A DNA stretch of 63,652 nucleotides, filler included, from Deltaproteobacteria bacterium (GTDB lineage Bacteria; JAEEML01): the NCBI GenBank assembly GCA_016283195.1. It is 6 parts of 6 records of this genome, joined end to end, with 100 filler letters (N's around TTAATTAATTAA, not from the genome) between each part and the next. Parts side by side here need not be neighbours in the genome. Positions count along the whole stretch, not along the records: positions 1 to 17,512 come from JAEEML010000017.1; 5 more parts are not named here. The stretch is one strand, 5' to 3'. The notes below the pieces were generated by a model. The model saw nothing but the letters and a program-made list of their open reading frames with translations. It had not been told where the DNA came from and searched no databases. Positions 1 to 10,259 of this stretch are shown piece after piece. Numbering within the stretch: the stretch's first letter is position 1; every line of letters begins with the position of its first letter. The translations under genes and the position numbers were made by a program.

Positions 1-52
1 CTCTAACCATGCCCACATCACTTTTACCATATACTTCGATTTTCAGCTTCAT
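1..52 (-). CDS. PP2C-family Ser/Thr phosphatase (Stp1/PrpC-like), N-terminus only, cut by window edge
   Basis: Manual translation MKLKIEVYGKSDVGMVR matches the PP2C N-terminal 'SDxGxxR' motif; GAGAGAG upstream. Confidence 0.6.
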   Translation of the reverse strand, partial: MKLKIEVYGKSDVGMVR

Positions 53-155
53 TATAACTCTCTCAAGTAGAGGTGAAAGAAACCAAGACACTTAATAATA
101 TCATCTGGCCCTCTGGTCAAGAAATCATGCAAAAATAAAAGTCCATTTAACCGCT

Positions 156-1520
156 TTACCGCGGCCAGGAAGTGCAATTATCCACAATCTTATCAAGCGC
201 GTAGTAGTGATTCCGGAGCTGGCCGGCGAGGTAGAGCGAGCCGGTGACTAAAATGCGATCGTCGCCGTGCGAATAGGCAATGGCATTTTCCAAGGCTTCA
301 TCAGGGTCTGGTACTACGCGCACCATAACGCCGCGTTTTTCCAAAATAGCCGCCAGCTCCTCGGGAGGTAGTGCTTTTTTGCCGTAAACTATGGGGGCGG
401 TGACAATGGCATCTTTAGAATATTCGGCCAAAATATCGGCTACAGCTTCGGCATTTTTGGAAGCTAACATACCGATAACGGCAATGAGCTTGCCGCGGAA
501 ACGGTCGGCGCAGAGCACTTTAAGAGTGGCCGCCATCTTTTGCGGATTATGAGCGCCGTCTAAAATAACTCTGGGGCGCCGTTTCATAACTTCCAGGCGG
601 GCCGGGAGCCTGGCATCCCAAAGACCGTCGCGGATGGCTTTTTCGCCAATACTCTGCCCCAGCATCAACATGGCTTGTTCACAAGCTGAAACAGCGAGGG
701 CGGCATTTACTGATTGAAAAGAGCCATCGAGAGCGGGAAAGAGGCTGTTTAAGGATAAAATACCATGATAATTAAAGCGGTTATCTTGCGGGTCATCAGT
801 TAAGCGCTCAAATGAACGATTTAGATAAAGCGGCTCTAAACGGGCGCCGGTGGCGGCGGCAACTTCCTCGGCGATTTTTGTAAATTCGCCGTCAACAAAA
901 ATCAGAGGCACATCTTTTTTGGCAATGCCGAATTTGTGGCGGGCAATTTCCTCCAAAGTGTTGCCCAGGCTCTTTTCATGGTCAAAACCGATGGCGCCCA
1001 CCACTGTGGCCACGCTGTTTAAAACGTTGGTTACATCATCGCGCCCGCCGACTCCGGTTTCGATAACGGCAATATCCACTTCCTGGCGCTTGAAATGTTC
1101 CAAAGAGAGAGCGAGCGAAGCCAGGCCGTGAATGGGAATTTCCGGCGTTTTAAAACTTTCGATATACGGTTTTAGCCAATTGACGATGGCGGTGAAATCA
1201 TCGCTATCTATATAACGGCCGTTTACCCAAGTTTTTTCGGTCATGGATTGCAAATAGGGCGAAGTATGTAGGCCCACCTTGAGACCGGCTGCTTTTAAAA
1301 TATGGGCAATCATAGTGGCAATAGAGCCCTTGCCGGAGGTGCCGGCTATATGGATGGCCGGATAAGCCTTTTGCGGGTTGCCGATGAGCTCCAAAAAGCG
1401 CACCATCCACTCTTTGGGTGTAAGGGAACTTTTTTCCACCTGATCTTCTGGGCGGATAAGCCCTTCATTCATATATTTTGCGGCAGTAAGATAATCGTTA
1501 AAACTCACCTTTTTCTCCAT
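156..1520 (-). CDS. folC: Folylpolyglutamate synthase / dihydrofolate synthase
   Basis: IHIAGTSGKGS P-loop, LHTSPYL, ETGVGGRDDVTN, ILDGAHNP, VTGSLYL motifs; start chosen at MEKK. Confidence 0.9.
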   Translation of the reverse strand: MEKKVSFNDYLTAAKYMNEGLIRPEDQVEKSSLTPKEWMVRFLELIGNPQKAYPAIHIAGTSGKGSIATMIAHILKAAGLKVGLHTSPYLQSMTEKTWVNGRYIDSDDFTAIVNWLKPYIESFKTPEIPIHGLASLALSLEHFKRQEVDIAVIETGVGGRDDVTNVLNSVATVVGAIGFDHEKSLGNTLEEIARHKFGIAKKDVPLIFVDGEFTKIAEEVAAATGARLEPLYLNRSFERLTDDPQDNRFNYHGILSLNSLFPALDGSFQSVNAALAVSACEQAMLMLGQSIGEKAIRDGLWDARLPARLEVMKRRPRVILDGAHNPQKMAATLKVLCADRFRGKLIAVIGMLASKNAEAVADILAEYSKDAIVTAPIVYGKKALPPEELAAILEKRGVMVRVVPDPDEALENAIAYSHGDDRILVTGSLYLAGQLRNHYYALDKIVDNCTSWPR

Positions 1521-1606
1521 AACGGCAGGGCCCGGCCTACGGGGCAACCATAGACAAGAGCTAGTCAATTATCGGGGAGTTGTCAAGGAACGGGTTAGTC
1601 ATAGAT

Positions 1607-3622
1607 TCAATTAAGATACCTGTTTAGCCAGTCATGGATAGTATCCCACCAGAGGCGGATATTTTGCGGCTTTTGTACAAAGTGATCTTCATCGGTAAAA
1701 ATGAGTAGCCTGGCTGGTACTCCCCGGCGCTTTAGGGCAGTGTACATCCCAAGCCCCTGCTCCAGCGGTACGCGAAAATCATTAACCCCATGAATGACCA
1801 GGGTGGGTGTTTTAAATTTTTTGGCAAAATTATGCGGCGACCATTTTTTGTAAAGTGCTGGATTATCATAAGGATTGCCGCCAAATTCCCATTCGGGAAA
1901 CCAAAGTTCCTCGGTAGAGCCGTATTTGGCGGTTAAATTATAAACGCCGGCATGGGAAATGAGACAGGCAAAGCGGCTGGTGTGGCCGGCCAGCCAGTTG
2001 ACCATATAGCCGCCGTATGAGCCGCCGGAGGCACAAACTTTGTCTTTATCAAGCTCGGAATGCTTTTCTAATATAAAATCAAGCCCTTTCATAATATCAT
2101 TGTATGGAATATCGCCCCAGTGCCGGGAGATGGCATCGGTGAATTTTTGGCCGTAACCGATGCTGCCGTGGAAGTTGATCATCGCTACGCCGTAGCCTTT
2201 GGCTGCATACATTTGGGCATTCCAGCGCGGGTGAAAATCATCGCCGAAGACACCTTGCGGGCCGCCGTGGATGAGGAGAACAAGAGGCACTTTTTGGCCC
2301 TCTTTAGCTGTAGCCGGCGGCAAATAGTATAGCTGCACATTTTCATTTTTGGCGCCCTTAAACCAGAGCTCCTCGGGGGCTTTAAGTATGACCTTTTCGC
2401 GCCAGGCTTTATTAAACTCACTGCGGGCAATTTCTTTATGATTGCCGGCACTTAAGACAACCAGCTCCGGGGGCTGATTTAAAGCTTCGCCAATCATGGC
2501 TATGGTGCCGTCTTTGGCGATGGAAAGGTGGCTATAGGTGAGCTCATCGGCGATAACGGTAGTTTCTCCGCTCTTTAATGAAAAGTAATAAAGCGGTTTT
2601 TTGCCATGGTGATAAGCGATAAAGTAGAGGCCCTCGCCGTCAGGAGCCCAAACATATTCTCTTATGGGGCGGTCTAAAGAGGCGGCAAGTTTGGTCACCA
2701 TTTTGGTTTTGAAGCTATAAACCATGAGGCGCGGTAAATCGGCTTCAAAACCGGCTCGCTCCATGGATAAATAGGCGATTTTTTCTCCGTTTGGCGAAAA
2801 TTTGGGGCTGTGGTCGCTACCTTTGCCTTGCGGGAAGGAAAAGACCTTGCCATCCTTAATACTGGCAATAAAAATATCATTATTGGTGCTTAAAGCCACA
2901 GTTTCGTCATGGTTGGAAACATAAGCGATATATTGGCCATCGGGTGAAAAGGCTATATCTTGCACGCCGCCCAAATCAAGCGGCGGTACATCGTAAGAGC
3001 CGGGGGTGAGGTCTCTAAGTTGCTGATTTTTCATATCAAAGAGCACTAGGTGACTGCGCCGCTCATCGCGCCAACTATTCCAAAAGCGGAATAAAAGATC
3101 ATCGTAAACCTGGCCGCTGCTTTTAGAAGCTGCTTTTTCGGCGAGTTTTGCGCAATTACAGGCCATATCCTGGCAAGTGGGGTAAAGTTCGGCCACCATA
3201 GCTACGGAACTTGCATCCGGCGCAACCAGGGGAGCAGAGAGCGCGGCGCAGGAATTTGTTAATACTCTGGGATTGCCGCCTTCCGGGCTTATAGCGAGAA
3301 GCTGACTGTCACTGGCGCCGTCCGGGGTGGCAATGTAATATAATTCTTTGGCATCGGGGCCCCAGGTGGCCATGGAAGCACTGGCACCCGCTGTAAGCCC
3401 CTTAGTTTTTTTGCTTTTAATATCATAGATATATATTGCTTTTGGCGTTTTGTTGGCTTTTTCGTTATGTTTAGCCACGGTGATGGCGACATAGCGGCCG
3501 TCCGGTGAAATCTGGGCCTCGCGCAGCCAACTTACTTCAAAAAAAGCATCAACGGTTAAGGGGGCCGGAGTAGCCGCTGTCAAACAGGAAGAAAGCAGCC
3601 AGGTAAAAAGTAATTGGCTCAT
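1607..3622 (-). CDS. S9 family peptidase (dipeptidyl/acylaminoacyl peptidase), secreted
   Basis: Signal peptide, PD40/WD40-like propeller (FSPDG), IHGGPQG, GGSYGG nucleophile, DFRVP, DEDH. Confidence 0.92.
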   Translation of the reverse strand: MSQLLFTWLLSSCLTAATPAPLTVDAFFEVSWLREAQISPDGRYVAITVAKHNEKANKTPKAIYIYDIKSKKTKGLTAGASASMATWGPDAKELYYIATPDGASDSQLLAISPEGGNPRVLTNSCAALSAPLVAPDASSVAMVAELYPTCQDMACNCAKLAEKAASKSSGQVYDDLLFRFWNSWRDERRSHLVLFDMKNQQLRDLTPGSYDVPPLDLGGVQDIAFSPDGQYIAYVSNHDETVALSTNNDIFIASIKDGKVFSFPQGKGSDHSPKFSPNGEKIAYLSMERAGFEADLPRLMVYSFKTKMVTKLAASLDRPIREYVWAPDGEGLYFIAYHHGKKPLYYFSLKSGETTVIADELTYSHLSIAKDGTIAMIGEALNQPPELVVLSAGNHKEIARSEFNKAWREKVILKAPEELWFKGAKNENVQLYYLPPATAKEGQKVPLVLLIHGGPQGVFGDDFHPRWNAQMYAAKGYGVAMINFHGSIGYGQKFTDAISRHWGDIPYNDIMKGLDFILEKHSELDKDKVCASGGSYGGYMVNWLAGHTSRFACLISHAGVYNLTAKYGSTEELWFPEWEFGGNPYDNPALYKKWSPHNFAKKFKTPTLVIHGVNDFRVPLEQGLGMYTALKRRGVPARLLIFTDEDHFVQKPQNIRLWWDTIHDWLNRYLN

Positions 3623-3670
3623 TTTAGGGCTCCTTAATAGGTTTTTAAGCTATGTAAGCTCGTTTAGATT

Positions 3671-4657
3671 TTAATTTGCTACACCGGGAACAATAATCGG
3701 GCCAAGCATATAAGCTTCGTAATCCTTAGGCCAGATATAAATATCCGGAAAATAACCGTTTTGGCAGGAACCGGTGGAATTTCTGTTGCACCGCAGGCTG
3801 GAAAGCAATTCGGTTATAACCGCCAGGTCGATATTTTTGTCGCCGCCGATATGCGCTTCGGTAGTGGCCGGAAATTGCTGCTTTATAGAGCGCAGATAAG
3901 TTTCCAGCTCCGGAGTTTCAAAAAGGCCGGTAGCTCTTCTCGCCAAGGTCATTGAGGGAGCACCGGTGGGACCAACGAGAATATTTTGGCTGTCAACAAT
4001 TTCCAAAATGGAACTTTTAACGCGCACGGCAAAATTGATAGAAGGAGCGGAAGTGGCAAATGAACGCGCTTTGCGCTCTTTTGCGGGCGGCAGAATTTCT
4101 TCTTGCGAGGGCAAACCTGTTGCGCGATTAATAACCATAATGCGAAAATCGGTAATACCGGCCTGGCCGGCGGTGGCCATGATGGCAATCAATTCGTTTA
4201 AAGTAAGGCGGGCATCGCTGGCAATGAGCAGCGGCGGGTTTAAATAAGTATCAATATTGGCTTTGGTGATTTCCGCCGGCACCTGATTGAAACCAAGGAG
4301 GCTTAAATCGCGCATTTTATGCGCAGTGCCGGAGATGAGGTTGGTCCATTGCTGACTGGCATTATAAAGAGAAGTATAAAGGCTGGCCACGAGTCCGCGG
4401 CCGCCGTAACTGTCCGGGGCGGTTAAATTGGACTTAAGAGCCACGGCTGTTTTGCCCAAATAAACTGTATTTTGCTTTATAGAGAGGACAATAGCCGGTT
4501 GCACTTCGGAATTGGAAAGAATTTGCGGCAGGGAGATAGAGGGTGTTATCTCCTCATTTAAAAAATCGTTAAAAGTAACCGGCTTTTCGCAGGCAGTTAA
4601 ACCGGCAACGGCCATAAAAGCGCTAAGGCAAGCAATAGCAAGTCGTTGATATTTCAT
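3671..4657 (-). CDS. Lipoprotein with two tandem ExbD/TolR (AglS/AglQ-like) periplasmic domains
   Basis: Lipobox LTAC; LLIASDARLT..LIAIMATAGQAG and LRSIKQQFP...IGGDKNID...LLSSLR resemble ExbD C-terminal domains. Confidence 0.55.
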   Translation of the reverse strand: MKYQRLAIACLSAFMAVAGLTACEKPVTFNDFLNEEITPSISLPQILSNSEVQPAIVLSIKQNTVYLGKTAVALKSNLTAPDSYGGRGLVASLYTSLYNASQQWTNLISGTAHKMRDLSLLGFNQVPAEITKANIDTYLNPPLLIASDARLTLNELIAIMATAGQAGITDFRIMVINRATGLPSQEEILPPAKERKARSFATSAPSINFAVRVKSSILEIVDSQNILVGPTGAPSMTLARRATGLFETPELETYLRSIKQQFPATTEAHIGGDKNIDLAVITELLSSLRCNRNSTGSCQNGYFPDIYIWPKDYEAYMLGPIIVPGVAN

Positions 4658-5262
4658 AATACTATAACCACGATAACAACAGTTACTATCACGAAAAGAG
4701 CAGCCAGAGCAATGAGGCTCCACATGGGGAGCGGCAGGTGGCGCTTTTGTTCCAAATCTTTGGGGGCGAATGATTCAATTGTCGTGCGCTCCATCATGGC
4801 ATATTGAGGAGTGGCGGAAACAATTGTGGAATCGCTGTTATTCTGCACTCCGGCGCGGATGGCATTTAAATCCAATTGCCCGGTGCCCATAATGGTGCGT
4901 TCCTGGTCATCGTCAATCAGGGTGGCCAAGTGGGCCTCTATTTTGCGGAGCAAATTTTGTGATAATTGGTCACGGCTTTGAATATGGCGCAAAAAATGGG
5001 CGGCATTGCGCAGAGCTTCGGACCGCTCATCTGGGGTGGGCGGGTTGCCGCCAAGCAGAATCTCAATGGTGTCGTTAGCGGAATTCAAAGTGAGGGAAAG
5101 CCCAGGTAATTCTAAAGATTGTTTTATAATATCAGCACCTTGCATTTGTGAGCGCAAGGCAATTCCCGGGCCTCTTTGTTCTATGTTTTTGGTATCGCCC
5201 CGTTCAATGGTGCCGCTCGGTTTTAAAAGTGCGGCCAGGCGTTCTATTTCTTGGATCTCCAT
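4654..5262 (-). CDS. Hypothetical protein with C-terminal transmembrane anchor
   Basis: 202-aa ORF, GGAGG RBS, hydrophobic C-terminus, 4-bp overlap with downstream gene. Confidence 0.7.
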   Translation of the reverse strand: MEIQEIERLAALLKPSGTIERGDTKNIEQRGPGIALRSQMQGADIIKQSLELPGLSLTLNSANDTIEILLGGNPPTPDERSEALRNAAHFLRHIQSRDQLSQNLLRKIEAHLATLIDDDQERTIMGTGQLDLNAIRAGVQNNSDSTIVSATPQYAMMERTTIESFAPKDLEQKRHLPLPMWSLIALAALFVIVTVVIVVIVL

Positions 5263-5387
5263 GGTAAACCTCCGGAAGATTCAAACGGCGTGCAATGATA
5301 TACGAATTATGAAAAATCTTCAAGAGGTAGCTAAGAGCTTAAGCAAAAATATGCTTTAAGAGGAGCAGCTTTGCCTGGCGGAAATTA

Positions 5388-6806
5388 TTAGGCTTTCTTT
5401 TCCGGAGCTTTTTTGAGCCCGCCTTTAGGAGTGGCATTCCAGAGAGTAGCCATGACAATAGCACCGATTATGGCAAAGGGAATGGGCCAGACTTTCCAGA
5501 TATTCCAACCCATGTGCTGTACAATATAAGGCACAGCCGGGCCGACAATGGCACTCGCCAGATATTGAGCGCCGTCGATGAGGCCGGCGGCAGTGGCCGC
5601 AGCTTTCCGCCCGCCGAAATCCATAGCCGAAGCGCCGCCTACCATGCCGTGCGCACCGTTGACAAAAAAGCCCATGAGGCAAATCATCACGCAGCCCAAA
5701 ATGGGTGTTTTGATGCCCATGACATCCTCAAAGAGCCAGAAGGAAGCCAGTAACACGATAATGCCGACAAAGCCGATAACGACCATAGGAGCGCGGCGGC
5801 CCTGAATTTTGCGATCGGAGAAAATGCCGAAAGCAAAACCGCCGATAATGCCGACAATAGCTACGCCCCACGAGGTAACGTGGTATAAAATATCGGTTTT
5901 GGTGACGCCGAAATTCTCGGTAAAGTAAAGGGGCCACCAGGAATCGACTATAGAGCGGCGGGCAATGCCCAGCATCATGGCACCGAGAGCTATTATCCAC
6001 ATGGTTTTATTGGCAAAAACCTTTTTTAGCACTTCCACCATGTCGAATTTTTCGTTAGCTTCGGCCGCACCGCAACCGTCGCCGGTATCCATATCTTTGA
6101 AGCCGGCCTGGGCGGGGTTATCTTTGACGCCAAAGAGCACGAGAACAAAGAGAATGGCTACGCATATTGCCGGGATAAAGAAGGCCCAGCGGGTGCCGAA
6201 CCAGGCGCCCAAAAGCGGGGTGACGGAAAAAGCCAAAATAATGCCAAAGCGAATGAGTACGCCGAAAATGGCCGAGAAAGTGCCGCGCTCTCTGGTGTGG
6301 AACCATTGGGAATTGATTTTAACAATCGAAAGGGCGCCGAAGGATTGGAAATAGCCGTTAATGGCCCAAATAATGGCGAGAGTCCATACCAAAACCGGCA
6401 TGGAGATACCGCCGGCGAGCCCGGCTGTTTGATCGACTATCAGTTTATTGCCGTCCATGTGGGTGACGGGGGCGGTGGTAATTAACGAGAAGGAGAGGCC
6501 GAAGAGCATATTCATGACGATGACGCCGGCCGAACCTAAGAGAAAAGCCTTGCGCCCGCCCAGTTTTTCGGCGATGGGGCCATTTAAAAAGACGGCAATA
6601 CCATAGACGAGAGGCAAGAGAAATTCAAAATGACCCACTTCGGTCTTTGTCCAGCCAAAGGCGGCCATGAGGTCGGGCGCCATAGCGGCAAAATTGTAGC
6701 GGGTCATGTAGAAGAAAGCGTAGAGGAGACCGATGATCATCCAGTTTTGGGTGCGCCGCCGCTTGTATTCCGGGGCTAAAAATTGGGCAGGAACATCTTG
6801 AGCCAT
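5388..6806 (-). CDS. MFS transporter, organophosphate:Pi antiporter (GlpT/UhpT-like)
   Basis: YAFFYMTRYNF, INGYFQSFG, WFHTRERGT, AAATAAGLIDG; multiple TM helices. Confidence 0.85.
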   Translation of the reverse strand: MAQDVPAQFLAPEYKRRRTQNWMIIGLLYAFFYMTRYNFAAMAPDLMAAFGWTKTEVGHFEFLLPLVYGIAVFLNGPIAEKLGGRKAFLLGSAGVIVMNMLFGLSFSLITTAPVTHMDGNKLIVDQTAGLAGGISMPVLVWTLAIIWAINGYFQSFGALSIVKINSQWFHTRERGTFSAIFGVLIRFGIILAFSVTPLLGAWFGTRWAFFIPAICVAILFVLVLFGVKDNPAQAGFKDMDTGDGCGAAEANEKFDMVEVLKKVFANKTMWIIALGAMMLGIARRSIVDSWWPLYFTENFGVTKTDILYHVTSWGVAIVGIIGGFAFGIFSDRKIQGRRAPMVVIGFVGIIVLLASFWLFEDVMGIKTPILGCVMICLMGFFVNGAHGMVGGASAMDFGGRKAAATAAGLIDGAQYLASAIVGPAVPYIVQHMGWNIWKVWPIPFAIIGAIVMATLWNATPKGGLKKAPEKKA

Positions 6807-6852
6807 ATTTTACTCCTTTTTTTTGGCTAATAGCCGTTATTTAATAGAAATT

Positions 6853-8853
6853 TTAGCCATTAAGCGCGGCTTTAATGCGCTCTGCTATAGCCGGAACGGT
6901 GAGGCCGAAGTGCTCGGCCAGTTTGCCGGCCGGAGCCGAGGCACCAAAGGTATCAATGCCGATATTCAGGCTTTCGCCCAAAAGAGCGCGCCAGGGCATG
7001 GTGGCCCCCGCCTCGATGGAAACTTTCAGGCCGCTGCCCAGAATTTCCGCTTTATAGGCTTTATCCTGAGCGGCAAAAAGCTCCATGGAAGGCATGGAAA
7101 CTACGCGGAAATTAAGGCCTTCTGCAGCAAGATTTTCAGCTACTTTAACGGCTAGTTCCACTTCGGAGCCGCTGGCGATGATGGTGCCTTTAGCTTCCTT
7201 AGCGGAGCACAGAACATAAGCGCCCTTTAAGACATCTTCGGCTTTAAAAGCGGCATCTCTTTTTAGCGGAGAGACATTTTGCCTGGAAAGAGCCATGACA
7301 GTGGGCCGCCGCCTGTTAGTGAGAGCGATATACCAGGAGAGAGCCACCTCGGTGGCATCGGCCGGGCGCAAAACCAAGAGATTAGGAATGAGGCGCAAAG
7401 AGGCAATATGTTCCACCGGCTGGTGGGTGGGGCCATCTTCGCCCAAAAAGATGCTATCGTGCGTCAAAAGCTCGATGGAGGGAATATGCGAAAGCGCAGC
7501 GAGGCGCACCGCCGGCCGCAAATAGTCGCTAAAGACCATAAAAGTGGCCCCATAAGCGGTGAAAATATCGCTCAAGGTAATGCCGTTTACAATAGCGGCC
7601 ATGGCAAATTCGCGAATACCAAAACGCAGGTTGCGGCCGGCAAAATCCTCGGTGACATCGGCATAGCCGTTTAAGTAAGTGTTGGTGGAGGGGGCCAAAT
7701 CGGCTGAGCCACCCACCAGCCAGGGGAGATCTTTGGCCAGTTCGTTCAAAATCTTGCCGCTTATCGAGCGGGTAGCGGCCGGCTTGTCGCCGGCGGCGGC
7801 TATAGCTTTCTCACAAATAGCCAAAAGCTCGGCAGCGCTGGGCCGCTTGGTAAATTTATCATAGACGGCTTTATGTGCGCCATCAGCCAGCCAGGCGGCC
7901 AATTTTTCATTCCAGGCGGCCCGCTCTTTAGCTGCTTTTTCTTGCAATTTAGCAAAGGCGCCGGCCACTTCTTCTGGCACAAAAAAGCTCTTATCGGCCG
8001 GGAAGCCGAGGGCCTCTTTGGTGAGGGCTATCTCTTCGGCCCCAAGCGGCGAGCCGTGCACTTTGGCGGTGCCGTGCATGTGCGGGCTGCCGTAGCCGAT
8101 AACTGTCTTTAACTCGATGAGTACCGGCTCTCCGCTGCTCTCGCCGGCCGCTTTTAAAGCTTTGGAAACAGCGGCATGGTCATAAGCATCGACATTTTCT
8201 ATTACTCGCCAGCCATAAGCGCGGTAGCGGGCCGCCACATCTTCGGTAAAGCTGATATTGGTTGAGCCCTCAATGGTGATGCCGTTGCTGTCATAGAGGC
8301 AAATGAGGTTATCCAGTTTATAGCGGCCGGCGAGCGAGGCCGCCTCGGCTGTCACGCCTTCCATGAGGCAACCGTCACCAGCCACCACATAGCATTTGCC
8401 GCTGAAAAGATCGCCAGAATCCGGCAAGCGGGCCGCCAGCATTTTACTTGCAATAGCCATACCGACGGCAGTAGCCAGGCCCTGGCCCAAGGGGCCGGTT
8501 GTCGTTTCCACGCCGGCTGTCAGGCCATATTCCGGGTGCCCTGGGGTTTTACTGCCGAGTTGCCGAAATTCTTTTAAATCGTCTATAGTTAGCCCATAGC
8601 CGCAAAGATGCAATATGGAATATAACATACTTGAAGCGTGGCCGTTGGAGAGGACAAAACGATCGCGCCCCAGCCACTTAGCGTCTTTAGGATCAAATTT
8701 CATATATTCGAAAAAGAGCACCACCATGGCATCGGCCAGCCCCATCGGGGCCCCTGGATGGCCGCTATTAGCCTTTTGGATCATGTCCACAGCTAAAAAT
8801 CTTAAGGTATTGGCACAATTTTTTGCCAGGCCGGTCTCTAACGCTTCTCTCAT
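6853..8853 (-). CDS. tkt: Transketolase
   Basis: ANSGHPGAPMG, DRFVLSNGH, TTGPLGQG, GDGCLMEG, GEDGPTHQP. Confidence 0.97.
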   Translation of the reverse strand: MREALETGLAKNCANTLRFLAVDMIQKANSGHPGAPMGLADAMVVLFFEYMKFDPKDAKWLGRDRFVLSNGHASSMLYSILHLCGYGLTIDDLKEFRQLGSKTPGHPEYGLTAGVETTTGPLGQGLATAVGMAIASKMLAARLPDSGDLFSGKCYVVAGDGCLMEGVTAEAASLAGRYKLDNLICLYDSNGITIEGSTNISFTEDVAARYRAYGWRVIENVDAYDHAAVSKALKAAGESSGEPVLIELKTVIGYGSPHMHGTAKVHGSPLGAEEIALTKEALGFPADKSFFVPEEVAGAFAKLQEKAAKERAAWNEKLAAWLADGAHKAVYDKFTKRPSAAELLAICEKAIAAAGDKPAATRSISGKILNELAKDLPWLVGGSADLAPSTNTYLNGYADVTEDFAGRNLRFGIREFAMAAIVNGITLSDIFTAYGATFMVFSDYLRPAVRLAALSHIPSIELLTHDSIFLGEDGPTHQPVEHIASLRLIPNLLVLRPADATEVALSWYIALTNRRRPTVMALSRQNVSPLKRDAAFKAEDVLKGAYVLCSAKEAKGTIIASGSEVELAVKVAENLAAEGLNFRVVSMPSMELFAAQDKAYKAEILGSGLKVSIEAGATMPWRALLGESLNIGIDTFGASAPAGKLAEHFGLTVPAIAERIKAALNG

Positions 8854-8972
8854 AAAAATCCTCCAATCAGGCTTTAGCGCCTTTAATCTTCCTAATCTAT
8901 TTAGAGCCCCTTGGCAACACCGGAGAGCTGTGATAAATGGTTTTCTGCCAGTGGGGAGGCATGGTTTATAAA

Positions 8973-10244
8973 ATGTCTGACATGTTTTTAGAATCTAGGC
9001 CGGTAACAAGTAGTGTGAATGCCACACAGGCTACTCTGCTCAATGAATCACAAATAACCGATATTGTTAGTGATATTGCAGACGAGGATCTCAGAAAAGA
9101 TGTTGCCGAGCTTTTAGCGCGCACCATCAATGCCCGGCAACGCCTTTCGGCCATTAATTTGCGGCCCTATAGCGGTACCAATGTGGATTATGAAGGGCTG
9201 GAAATATGGCAAAAGCTGGCTCCGCAATTTGGCTCGGCTATCGGCGCTGTTTCCAGCACTTTGCAATTTTTGGCTATTTTGGCCCCGGAGCCGCAGGAAG
9301 ATTCGCCCATCGACGATAAGCGTATAGATGAAGCCTTTAGTGACTTTGACGATGCTTTCAGCGAAGAGGCTTTTGCTGCCCCGGCGGCCGCTGCCGCTAC
9401 CGAAGCCCCGGTTACCGGCAATGCCAAGACCGAAAGCGGCAGTGATTTGCGCCTGCGCCTGGCCAATACGGCATGGGCCATCTCTTTTATGCTGAAAGAT
9501 GAAATTATGCGCTTTGGCTCGCGTATGCGCCAGTCGCATGTGATGATGGACCGCTGGAATCTGCTCTCGGAATTGCAAGAGACCTGTCACAAGCTCTCTA
9601 AAGGCCTTGATGCCCTGACTATGGGTGTTTGCAGCGCTTTTTCCTCTGTTAGCCGCGATGAGGTCATTCCCGGCTTTAGGAGCGAACTGGCTTTTTCTCT
9701 GGAGCTTAGGCGGCTTATTTTTGAGCTCCGCGACCAAGTGCGGGTGGTGCGTCAAAAAATGGACGCTCTGCCTAAAGAGCAGTGGCGCAGTATTGCCGAA
9801 GAAATTTATGGTTTAATCGACAATTTTGTTTACGGCCCGGCTTTTGGTTGGCTTAGAGCTTTTGATAAAAGGGAGATAATTCAGTTTAGAAAAGCTTTAA
9901 GAGATACTCTCGATGACCCCAATGCCAAAGGCCGTGATTTTCACGAGCCCATTGAGGGAACGGTGCGTTTCTTGGAAGCTCTGGAGGTTATTAACCACCG
10001 CGAAATTCTGGTGGAGCATGATCGTAATGTTTTGACCGAGGCGGCTGCGCATCTCCAAAAAGCTATGCAATTACCGCGTATGGAGGGGCGCCAGGAATTT
10101 GCCGCCGCTATTTCCTGCCTCTCCAAAGCCTGGGGCCGCGATACCCAGCTTGATGCTATGGTGGAAATGACCCTCGACCCCATGGCCGATTTAAAGCAAG
10201 AAGATATTTTGACCCGCGTGCAACTTGTCTTAAGCGGCCTCTAA
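8973..10244 (+). CDS. Hypothetical all-helical cytoplasmic protein
   Basis: Long ORF between tkt and prs; no motif recognised; start uncertain (8937/8961/8973). Confidence 0.75.
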   Translation: MSDMFLESRPVTSSVNATQATLLNESQITDIVSDIADEDLRKDVAELLARTINARQRLSAINLRPYSGTNVDYEGLEIWQKLAPQFGSAIGAVSSTLQFLAILAPEPQEDSPIDDKRIDEAFSDFDDAFSEEAFAAPAAAAATEAPVTGNAKTESGSDLRLRLANTAWAISFMLKDEIMRFGSRMRQSHVMMDRWNLLSELQETCHKLSKGLDALTMGVCSAFSSVSRDEVIPGFRSELAFSLELRRLIFELRDQVRVVRQKMDALPKEQWRSIAEEIYGLIDNFVYGPAFGWLRAFDKREIIQFRKALRDTLDDPNAKGRDFHEPIEGTVRFLEALEVINHREILVEHDRNVLTEAAAHLQKAMQLPRMEGRQEFAAAISCLSKAWGRDTQLDAMVEMTLDPMADLKQEDILTRVQLVLSGL

Positions 10245-10259
10245 GCCATAGTTTATTAA

